Assembly: GCA_964247055.1 (NCBI GenBank)
Contig: OZ176052.1
Location: 12,648,001-12,712,000, forward strand
DNA: 64,000 nucleotides
Reading direction: 5' to 3'
From: Paragordius varius
Taxonomy: Eukaryota; Animalia; Nematomorpha
Below are positions 12,570 through 24,069 of the stretch, piece by piece; position 1 is the stretch's first letter, and every line of letters begins with the position of its first letter. The position numbers and the translations under genes were made by a program. The notes under the pieces were generated by a model. That model made no database searches. It was not told where the DNA came from and was given only the letters and a program-made list of their open reading frames with translations.

Positions 12570-14002
12570 AATGTTCTACGCCTATATTCAATTTATTCCA
12601 TTCAGTTAATATACATTGAAAGCATTTTCAGACTTGGGAACCTAAAAAAGTAAATATTTAAAGTCTTTCAATATTTTATAATATAGAGAACTCTATACAG
12701 CGGCCCTTTCTACTACTCATATAATTTTAAAGTACATTTAACTTTAAAGGATAACTTAATAATAAAAGCCTACAATCGAATATGTAGATTTGTATCTTTC
12801 ACAGTAAGTTGACTTTACTATATATAAAGTATCAGTGGGTAGGAGAGTAGAATTTCAGTTCAAAACCGCTGGGCCGCATGTAAAAATGTAAATACATGGG
12901 CATTTATTTAGATTTCAATCAATGTTAATGTGAACATCTAAAAGAAGAAATCTCTTTCCAAAAACGATCAGTAATGCATAAACGTATTAAATTTCAAAAA
13001 ATAGAGAACATTCAAAAATACATTGGTCATATTCATATATATTGTTACTCTTAAAATGATATATTAGGAATTTTGAAAAAAAAGAATTTATACCACTTTT
13101 TTTGTTGCATATATTTGGATTTTCATTCTTCAAATTATTTATAACATTTTTAATATTTGAAAAATATAATGTGTTTCGAATTTGTAATGGTCCGATTACA
13201 ATTAGAATTGGCCAATGTAGTTGATAGGAATAAGTATTTAAATAAATAAAAAATGGTTTATCGGTGTTCAAAATGATATTCATTTTTCCAAGTAATCTAA
13301 ATTAAAATATCTGATGCGATACCTATAAAATTAACATCATTTTGCGAATTTCTTATATAGACTTTTAAAAAAGACTTTATTTGATCTCTAGCAATGAAAC
13401 TATTTCTTAATATTGTAAGATGGTGGTTTTTTTCCTTTATAACATCTTTCAACGCAATTGATATGACTGCATAATGGGTAGGGACCAAAATCTATTTAGA
13501 TTTATTTTTTATAAAAAATTGATCTGATTCTTATGGTTATCGTCTAAATTTAAATGAGTCCTAAAAAATGTTTTTTATTATAAAGAAGATAACGCTTTAA
13601 AAAATGAGAATATATGTGTTTAAATTAAAGAATGGATATAAATATTCCAGAATATGACATAAACACTTACAAAAATTTTTAAAAAATGAAACGTATGATT
13701 ATTTTTTTTGTAAAAAAAATTAATTATAAAGAATTTTTTTCGGTCCCAACAATCAATTTTTGTTTATATTTAAGCGTATTTATCAATACTTATTTAATAA
13801 AGAAGTTAATATTTTGCTTTACAACGTTTAACATACATGTTAATAAGTATGAATAAATTCTAAATTTTATGTGTAAAACTTTTCAAAATTTAATTTTTAT
13901 TATTCTTTAATACCTGCTTAATTTTTATGCAGAATGCAATGAGGATCAACCCAATTAGTGAAAATTCGGGAAACTTAAGTCGCTTGAATGATGAATTTAG
14001 TG
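12570..14002 (+). pseudogene. Remnant of an unidentified spliced gene ('Y'), repeated in all five units
   Basis: AG/GT-bounded exon-like blocks 12570-12649, 12687-12803 (open: RTLYSGPFYYSYNFKVHLTLKDNLIIKAYNRICRFVSFT), 12830 onward and 13933-14002 (NAMRINPISENSGNLSRLNDEFS), with 37- and 26-nt introns. In-frame stops are present. Confidence 0.45.
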
Positions 14003-14684
14003 GTAAATTTTTTCAATACTGAATATTTTTATTTTAGCATTCCAATATTGAGAATAATAATAGATGTTGCACACACAAAGTTTATTAATCATTACCACCA
14101 TTTAAAAGCTTAACAATTTAATGATTTTTGGAATAAAAAATCTGGTTAAAATACTAGGATTGATTTGCTTTTAATTATCTGTTTGCCGAAATCAAAATCA
14201 AGTTTTTCGCGCACTTTTCATGGAATATAAATCCCTAAAATAGGGGGGAACGCTTATATTTTATTTTTAATAAGTTCTATAGAGATCATCTCAAATCAGT
14301 CTATATATAACTCTTTATGATAATATTAAAAAAGTACAATAGCTGATACATTTTATTTAAATATTTCATTACTAATAATGAAAGTTTACCCATGTTATAC
14401 GGTTTATAAATTATTAAAAGCATTAGAATAAAATATCATAGGAATTTTGCGTTATAGGGAGATTAGCCTAAGAACATAACATATTATATATATATATATA
14501 TATTTATATATATTTTTTGTACAATTTAAAGATTTCTATTGCTTCAGTCATTTAAATTAAAAACTTTTTTACCCGTAAGCCGGAATCAAAAACTTAAGTT
14601 GCGCCAATATAATAAAATTTTGGGGATTAATACTTGCTAATCAAACAATTAAGGCGATGGAAATTCTTATAAACATCATATTGT

Positions 14685-14723
<39 letters not shown>

Positions 14724-15599
14724 TTATCGAATTTGGAAACAAAAATGTATTATACCTAAATTCGTATTTTAAAATAACTAAATTTACTGGCTTTAATAAG
14801 TGGATGTTACATAAAAAAACCTTAAATTTCAATTAATATTTTTAAAATCTTGATTTAAACTTTTTTATGAAAACAATATATGGTACAATAATAGATTTAT
14901 ATCTAATTGCTAAATAAGTAAATGAGCGAAGAAATGCAAAAATAGATTTTTTAATATTAACCTTAAATTAATTTATGGTGACTTAAGATGTAAAAAGTTA
15001 AATTATAAATATAACTGAGATAAAAAATATGTTTTTTAATCAATCGCAAAATTTAGTAATATATATTAAATTGCTAATAAATTTCATTTTACTTATGAGC
15101 TACTTATAAATCATATATTCAAACGCTTAATGGGCCAGCCTGTAAAATTTAGGCGTTTCAGGCAAAAAAACAAAATATTGAAATTGTATGAATTTTATAT
15201 CTTTTATATAAAACTTTATAAATTTAGATTTAACAAAGCTAATAATAGCTTATATCTTTGATGCAATTTAAAAAAATAAAAAAAATTCATATAGCAGAAC
15301 CACTTCGTTAAATATTTTTTAGAATAAAACTTAATCATTTAAATAAGTTAAGAACATTTTATATTTTAATTAATGGTATTTTATTTTTTAATAAAAATTA
15401 TCATCATTTAAATATATTTACTGGTACTTGCGCTGTTTTATATTTAATGAGGTATAATTGTTTACAGAAAAATTATTATATGATTTATAAAGGTGTAACA
15501 TTTTTGTTAAATTGGAAACAAATAAATGGTAGTAGAAAACCATATTATCTGAATAATCTGGCGTACTTGACGCTTGTGGGTATGTTGTATTTTTGCTAA

Positions 15600-16080
15600 T
15601 ATTGCTGTATTGATCCTCCTATTGACTCGTATTATTAATGTTTTCAGCTAGACCCGGGTTTACCTTTTTGGTTCTTATGTTTAAAAAGATTGGATAATCT
15701 CGTCTATATCCCATGTCTGGATTAACATGTATTACAATGAGAAAATTGGTTTGTATCTTCCAGAGTTCCTGTCGCCCTTAACTCCGTTTTAAAGTGGTAA
15801 ACAAATTCAAACTCTTAATGATGCGTTTGTTAAACTATTAAAAAATTGACATATTTTGGCTCTAAGCTTTTTTTATGAAAAGTAAGACTACTGTTCAAGT
15901 AAGAATTTTAAATTTGATTGTTTTTGAGTGCCAGGTTTCCTAGATTACCATGCACCAACTTCGCGAACCATTTTATATCAAACACACATCGAGGACGATT
16001 CCAACTACTTTAACCGCGTGGTGTTGCTTAAAAATTTACAGCCTGTGTAGGGCGAATTGGGAAGAGAAAATCGTAGTCTC
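15600..16080 (+). pseudogene. Copy of unidentified membrane-protein-like pseudogene 'X' (other array copies ~28760-29300, ~36950-37440, ~47940-48420)
   Basis: Frame VPGFLDYHAPTSRTILYQTH...NYFNRVVLLKNLQPV, homologous to 59108-59274; contains stops and frameshifts. Confidence 0.65.
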
Positions 16081-16807
16081 TAGTTTATAAAGGTATATAC
16101 TTATTAGAATAATAAAAAACCGAGTTTCGTATTATTGTGCGATAAATTTTTTACACTCGATTAATTTGTTTTTGGGATAACCATTTTAAGATAGATCTCT
16201 ATTAAGGTCTTAACTGATTTTTAAGCTGGAAGATTAATAATTTAATTCCAAAAAGTATATTATTTTTAAGCTTTCGATATTTATTTTGAGAAAATATTAC
16301 ATAAAAAAAGTATAGTATTTTATTATTTTAAAAAGTTGTTTTTATTTAGATGGTTTTATATTCTTACGGCGATTTTATAAAAATAATAATACAAAAATAG
16401 TAAAATATTATAGTGTTTTAAGAGCTTAATATTGTATCAGCAAAAAATTAATAATAATTAAAATATTTATATTTTTTTTCTTTTAAATTATAAAATTCAA
16501 TCACAACCGCAATAATATTAAACCATTATCTGACTATAAAAAACTTTTAATAATAAAATACTATATTTTTCCTTTTCTATTTTCATTTAGTATTTTCATA
16601 ATATAAATATATATTTACATAATAAAATAATTATTTTTTTGTAATTATATACTTTAGATTATATAATATTCATCTCTCAATATAATTATCTAAAACTTTA
16701 AATAATAAATTATACCTTTTAAAATTATCCAAACACAAAAATCTAAATCCTTAACTAATAAAAAAATTTTGATATTCTTTATTCGTCCAAAGACAAATAT
16801 CTAAAAC

Positions 16808-17358
16808 TTTAAATAATTAAATATTATACTTTCCCAGAATTAATTTTTGAGAATCTTTATTCAGCGACAAGCATCTTTAACTAATCAAAAAAATTTTGAG
16901 AATCTATTATTGGTCCAAAGACAAATATTTTAAAGTATTAATATTTAAATATTATACTTTATACATTTTATTAATATATTTTTCAACTTGTAATATTCAC
17001 CGAAATACAAGGAATATCAAAATTTGATTCGTATTTCGTTCATTTACCAAAGGTGGTGCTTAAAAACTTAAAGACAGTGTAGGGCAAATTGGGAAAATCG
17101 ACTTTTGAAAATCGTAGTCTCTTGGGAACTCTATCCTATTGGGATAAATATTACAAGGATCCTTGTATTGGGATGAATATTACAAGTTGAAAAATATATA
17201 AATATGAAAAAGTATAATATTTGAGTTTTAGATATTTGTTTTTGGACGAATAATAGAATAAAAATTATATGATTAGTTAAGGTTTTAGATACCTGTCTCT
17301 GAATATAGATTCTTAAAATAACTTAATTCTGGAAAAGTATAATATTTGATTATTTAAA
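16808..17358. repeat. Junction hairpin: ~190-bp inverted arms made of degenerate 74-bp satellite monomers around a fragment of gene X (copies ~29445-30001, ~38135-38800, ~49125-49687)
   Basis: Inner arm ends CAACTTGTAATATTCA / TGAATATTACAAGTTG; outer arm ATTATACTTTCCCAGAATTAA / TTAATTCTGGAAAAGTATAAT. The loop contains TTAAAAACTTA..GTGTAGGGCAAATTGGGAAAATCGAC..GAAAATCGTAGTCTC (X-derived). Confidence 0.75.
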
Positions 17359-17430
17359 GCAGTTTTTTAAAATTATTAACTTTAAACCTTTATTAAATGA
17401 TTACATATATTTTTGAAATATGAAATTTAG

Positions 17431-17519
17431 TATCGAACCGTAGATCTTGAAGGTACCGCCAAATGTTCCGAATTTACAGGGAAATTTGTCGCAAACTCGA
17501 ACAAATGCCAATTAAATAA
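17431..17519 (+). pseudogene. IDH3A: Duplicated IDH3A terminal exon, copy 2 (frameshifted)
   Basis: Intact acceptor TTTAG|TATCGAACC; GGA>GAA (DLGG>DLEG) and a 1-nt deletion (ACGGGGGAA>ACAGGGAA) shift the frame. Confidence 0.9.
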
Positions 17520-18462
17520 GTGTCTTGCCAGAATTTTCTTATCAACACATCACTCAAATTTAATGGGAAATGCATTTGAATTATAGCCATCAATTAATAT
17601 GTAATACTCCTATTCAAATTATATGATATGAGAATAATATGACTGCTTTTCAAGAACATCATATATTTACTTACTAAAGGTTAGGGTTGTACGACATTAC
17701 ATTTTTAAATTTTTATGGAATGTTGTTATACATACTGAATATTTTTTTAATTTTTATTGGAAAAAATTTATTGCTTAGCTAAATATACATGTTAGTTAAA
17801 GCAAACATTTCAAGTTTTATAGCGAATTTGTTGTGTGATATTTTATAATTATAAATAAATATGTATTTATATTTGATTTATTATCGATATTCAAATTTTG
17901 AATCATTGTAGATAAAAATGTCAATAATGACGCTTTATTGTACCTTTTACTTTTATAATATTTGAAAAATGGAATAATTTTATGGTTGGGTTTTAAAGTA
18001 AGGATCATTGCAGGACAGCTAAAACTGAATAAACCTATAGCTATACCAGGTGAAGTTATAAATTACTGTTTTTTGGTAAAAAAATGTTATTATTAAATGA
18101 ATCAATTATTTTTATTCTAAATACTGTACATCGGCTTCTACACCTTTCTCCCATCTTTGTAATTATATGAATGCCTTGCCAGAAAGACTTATTGCATCTT
18201 TTGGCAAACCATTGATTAAAACATTTTCCAACATCTTATATATTATTCAAGTCCTGTTCTGCCAGGGTCTTCCCCATTGATAAGGGCGTCAGGTCAAAAG
18301 AGTATCTTAAGCTGTCTTTTACAGGTTTTGCTGTGTAATACGGAATATATCATATTATAATTTATATTATTTTTTAAAATTAAAATTTTATTCATGCTAT
18401 TTTAAGGATGGTGGAACCGATATAAAAATAACGTTAGTTTGCCTACAAATTTAATTTAAATA

Positions 18463-18750
18463 AACAGTATTTTATGCTATTTTGAACATGTTGAAAAAGG
18501 TATAAATAATCCCTATAATGTAAAAATACTTTTTCTATATAAATATGTAATACTGAGCCTATTACTTAAGATTTTTCGTTAAATTCATTCGTTTTCAAAT
18601 TTAAATTAAATGTGAAATCAGTGGCCTAGCTAGAGGGTAGAAAGGAAGGATGCATTGGCGCTATATACCATTTGCACTTCAAGAGTGTCCTTGAACACTT
18701 CAAGTTGGTCCTTAAAAACTTCAAGTTGGTCCTTGAACAGTTCAAATTGG
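18463..18750 (-). repeat. Inverted insertion of a V-element end plus adjacent hAT-MITE end and flanking DNA
   Basis: Reverse complement reads (21-bp repeats)-GGACACTCTTGAAGTGCAAATGGTATATAGCGCC-...CTAGCTAGGCCACTG-...GAATGAATTTAACGAAAAATC, i.e. the 32440-32710 arrangement. Absent at the equivalent site in U1 (~10410). Confidence 0.8.
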
Positions 18751-20016
18751 TAATTTACTCAAATTTGAGATTAAACTAAACTAATCAAAATTTTGATGAT
18801 ATGTTCAGCATTATAAAATTATATAGAAAAAGTAATTTTATAACATATTAAAATGTTTTTTACCATTTCACGTTTTAAAATATAATAAAATTCGCATTAC
18901 CAAAATTGTGCTTAAATTTTTAAGCAAAACATACATTTTTTCGAATGTCGATGTCAAAATTTACGGAATATTTATTTTTATTGCGTAATATCCATATTTT
19001 CGGGTGGTTTTAGAAAATTAGCCATTTCATAGGGGTTCAAAAATTTGCGACTATTGGAGTCTGCATCTAAAGTTTTAAAATTAATAAAAATATTGTTTTG
19101 CATTTTAATATAGTTTAAAACTTAATGATATTTTTTGGATTGATTTAACTTTCCTTAAAAATTATCATTAGATATAATGTGCAATAATATTAACTTTTTG
19201 GTAAGCAGTAATTACTACGAAAATGCAACTACTTTTAATTTATCATTCGTACGGTACCAGAAACACCATCAGATCCTGATACATACTATTAAAATTTATA
19301 TTTCATCTGGATATTTTTTGAGTAGATTGTGGAATTCAATGGTGCTGATGATTCTATAATCTTCGATTTTTTATAAAAAAATGTTTTTGACTACAAACTT
19401 TGGTAGATTGATTTTTTTGTAAAATACACATACACAGAGGTGTAGCTTGCATTTCTGGCGCCTGCATTTTAAAAATAATCAAATTTAAACCGTGGTCATG
19501 ATCGCTCATAAATGGGTGATTATTTTATTTATTTAAAATAATAACTTTCAAATACCTATTTTTTTTAATTAAAATTATTTTTATTTAAAATCCGGCGCCC
19601 TTTTAACTATGGCGCCGGTGCATCCTTCCTTTCCCCCCTCTAGCTACGCCACTGATTTCACATTTAACTTCAATTTTAAAACGAATGAATTTAACGAAAA
19701 ATCTGAGGTGATAGGAAATTTCAGCATTACTTATTTATATAGAAAAAGTGTTTTTGCCATTATAGGGCTTATTTATTTATACCTTTTTCAACATGTTCAA
19801 AATAGCATAAAATACTGTTAACCAATAAAATTAGAATTAAATTTTTAAGGAATATATGGGTTTATAAAAATTGATGTCATATTCTAGCATAATTCTTATC
19901 GCACAAAGTCGACATTAGAAAACAGCCCATTTTGAAGGAGCTTATATATTTAAAATTTTCCAGCCCATCCAAAAATTAATATTTAAATATAAAGTTTATT
20001 TTGCTTTTTATATATA

Positions 20017-20977
20017 GGGTGGGGTGATAAAAAAGTCGCACTTGACATGTAAGTCAAGCGTGGCAAGTTGAGCAAGTTTACTTAAGTCAGCAAGTGTACA
20101 CTTGAAGATCGGTGATAAAAAACACTCAAGTCAAGTCTTTTGCTTATGAATGTAACATTTTTTGCCACCCAATTCGAATTATAGAAATTATTTCGATCAG
20201 TTTCAGCCAAAATTTATGAAATAAACAATATGCATTTATTGACGTTTTTCAAACTCACTGGCAAGTATCCTAATTAATATTATAGAATATTTAAATAATG
20301 AGCCTGGTAGTAATTTTTGAATTGATGAAACTATTCGCCCTTAAAACACTTTCTATTTATTTATTACACTACATATTGTTTGGAGTCCATTTGCAAATAT
20401 AATGGGAAGATGTTTACACAATATAACATAATTATATTTAAATGATTAATTACATTCGAAATAAATTTATAATGAAAAAATTCTTTACATTGGTTTTAAT
20501 AGCGTAACATTTTGCTTTTAATAAACGAAGATTTGAAATTTTACAAAATTAATTTTAAGAAATTTTCGAGAATCCCATTTTTTTGCGGCGGAATTGATAT
20601 ATTTCGCATATTTTTATATGCCATGTGATTAATTATTAGCAGAGTTTTTCTATATTTTGTACACACCCAATAAATAGATTAATTTGCCAAAATTTTTGAA
20701 ATTAACAATTTATAGCATTAACGAAGGTTTGAATTAATTATAAAACATAAAATTTATACATAAATAGTTTCCAAAATGATTTTATCCATATTTTTAAATC
20801 TGTCAAGTGTGCCCTACACCACACTTGCTAAATCTTTAAATGATTTTTTATCATTTCCGAATCAAGTTTTATTGCTTGACTTAAGTCGTGTAATGTTAAA
20901 TTTTTTTTATCACATGAAAGCAAGCCATGACTTGAATAACTTGCAAATCAAGTCAAATTTTTTTTATCACCCGACCC
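20017..20977. mobile_element. Non-autonomous DNA transposon 'T' (961 bp), GGG...CCC termini, apparent 3-bp ATA TSD (PIF/Harbinger- or Zator-like)
   Basis: TIRs GGGTGGGGTGATAAAAAA / TTTTTTATCACCCGACCC; subterminal CTTGAC/GTCAAG repeats; empty site TATATATAGTTT in U1, U3, U4; no ORF. Superfamily is inferred. Confidence 0.8.
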
Positions 20978-23900
20978 ATAGTTTAGCATATATTTTAATG
21001 ATATTTTTTGAATAATATTTCATCATATTTTTAAACCCCCCGATTTCGGACTTGTTATAAGATGTGTGACAAAGTTGCTCATTTAGTTTTTGCAATTTTT
21101 TGTTTAAATTTATTATCATAATCCATTTTTTTCAAAAAGTCCCATAAAATAGCTTTTTAAAGGATATATTTTGACAATTCTCAAAGCTCAGTTTGATAGC
21201 CCATAAAAATATTTAGTGTTTTTTTTGATAATAACTACATTTATACAAAATATTCCCCATACTGTCCATGGATTCGTAGCTATTTTCAATACGGCTTAAT
21301 TGTCAAATTAGTGGAACTTTTTGAACTTAAAAATCTTTTAAATATAAGATCGAATTTAGTCCAAAAATTAAATTTTAGCCATATTCTGGAGCCCGTGATT
21401 TTGCAGAACCTTCCAATAAATGTTCATTTGAGTATTTGTTACATCTTTTGTCATGATTTCAAAATCGGACCAAAGTCGATACTTACGAATTTAAATATCT
21501 ATTTATTCTAATTTTTTCAATAATTAGCAAACGCAGAAGTTTTTATTGTGTTATTTACTCAATTGCCCTACGTTTTTTGACTCGTTTGTCGGCCACTATC
21601 ATGATTATCGTTTTGACGCAAATATAAATTTTATTTACGCGATAAAAATACCTCAATTATTAATTCATATGTTAACTGCCAACATTTTATTGCTAGTCTA
21701 TTTACAAAACATTTTTCTCTCAAGCATTATTTTAAATTTTAAAATCTTTAAGACTTTTTTTATCAACCTTCACACTAGAAAATAATTTTTTTTGAGTGCT
21801 ATTATATTAAATTTAAAATATATTTTATTAAATATACATGAAAAAATTGGTCTAATAAGAACAGTATATAACAGTTTTTTACATGTCTTTATTTTTATAG
21901 AATGTTCTACGCCTATACTCAATTTATTCCATTCAGTTAATATATATTGAAAGCATTTTCAGACTTGGGAACCTAAAAAAGTAAATATTTAATTAAGTCT
22001 TTCAATATTTTATAATATAGAGAACTCTATACAGCGGTCCTTTCTACTACTCATATGATTTTAAAGTACATTTAACTTTAAAGGATAACTTAATAATAAA
22101 AGCCTACAATTGAATATGTAGATTTGTATCTTTCACAGTAAGTGTAGTTTACTATATATAAAGTATCAGTGGGTAGGAGACTAGAATTTCAGTTCAAAAC
22201 CGCCGGGCCGCATGTAAAAGATATAAATACATGGGCATTTGTTTAGATTTCAATAAATGTTGGTGTGAACATCTAAAAGAAGGAATCTCTTTCTACCATC
22301 CAAAAACGTTCATGCATAAACGCGCATAAAATTTCAAAAAAATAGAGAACATTCACTACATTGGTCATATTCATATATATTGGTACTCTTAAAATGATAT
22401 ATTAGGAATTTTGAAAAAAAAAATTTATACCACCTTTTTTTGTTGCATATATTTGGATTTGATTCTTCAAATTATTTATAACATTTTTAATGATTTGAAA
22501 ATTAATATAAGGTGTTGATTTATAATTGTCCGATTACAATTAGAATTGGCCAATGTAGATGATAGGAATAAGTATTTAAATAAATAAAAATGGTTTATCG
22601 GTGTTCAAAATGATATTCATTTTTCCAAGTAATCTATATTGAAATATCTGATACCTATAAAATTAACATCATTTTTGCGAAATTCTATTATAAACTTATC
22701 ATTAAAAGAGACATTAATTGATCTCTAGCAATGAAATCATTTCTTAATATTGTAAGATGGTGGTTTTTTTCCTTTATAACATCTTTCAACGCAATTGATA
22801 TGATTGCATGATGGGTAGAAACCAAGATCTATTTAGATTTATTTTCTATAAAAAATTGATCTAATTCTTATGGTTATCGTCTAAATTTATACGAGTCCTA
22901 AAAAATGTTTTTTATTATAAAGAAGATAACGCTTTAAATGTTGAGAACCCTATGTGAATAAATTAAAGAAATGGATATAAATATTCCAGAATAAATCATG
23001 ATATAAACACTTACAAAAATTAAAAAAAAAGATGTGATTATATTTTTTTAAAAATAAAAATTAACCATAAAGAATCTTTTTTTGGTCCCAACAATCAATT
23101 TTTAATATTATTTCATCGTATTTTATCAATACTTATTTAATAAAGAAGTTAATATTTTAGCTTTACAACGTTTAACATACATGTTAATAAGTATGGAAAA
23201 CTCTAAACACTAACATATGTGTAAAACTTTCCAAAATTTAATTTGTATTATTCTTTAATATCTGCTTAATTTTTATGCAGAATGCAATGAGGATCAACAT
23301 AATTAGTGAAAATTCGGTAAAACTTATGTTTCTTGAATGATGAATTTTATGGTAAATTTACTGAATATTTTTTATTTTAGCGTTACTACATTCCAATATT
23401 CGGAAAAATAACAGAAGTTGTATACACAAAGTTTATTAATCATTACCATTTAAAGCTATAACAATTTAATGATTTATAAAAAATCTGGTTAAAATACTAG
23501 AATTGATTTGTATACTTTTAATTATCTGTTTGCCGAAATCAAAATCACGTTTTTCGCGCACTTTTCATGGAATATAAATCCCTAAAATAGGGGGAAACGC
23601 TTATATTTTATTTTTAATAAGTTCTATAGAGATCATCTCAAATCAGTCTATATATAACTCTTTACGATAATATTAAAAAAGTACAATAGCTGATACATTC
23701 TATTTAAATATTTCATTACTAATAATGAAAGTTTACCCATGTTATTCGGTTTATAAATTATTAAAAGCATTAGAAATAGGTATTATAGGAATTTTGCGTT
23801 ATAGAGAAATTAGCCTAAGAACATAGCATATTATATATATATATATATTTATATATATTTTGTACAATTTAATGTATATAAAATTCTATTGCCTCAGTCA

Positions 23901-24069
23901 TTCAAGATAAAAACTTTTTTACCCGTAAGCCGGAATCAAAAACTTAAGTTGCGCCAATATAATTAAAATTTTGGGGATTAATACTTGCTAATCAAACAAT
24001 TAAGGCGATGGAAATTCTTATAAACATCATATTGTACAAATATATATATATATATTATATATTAATATA

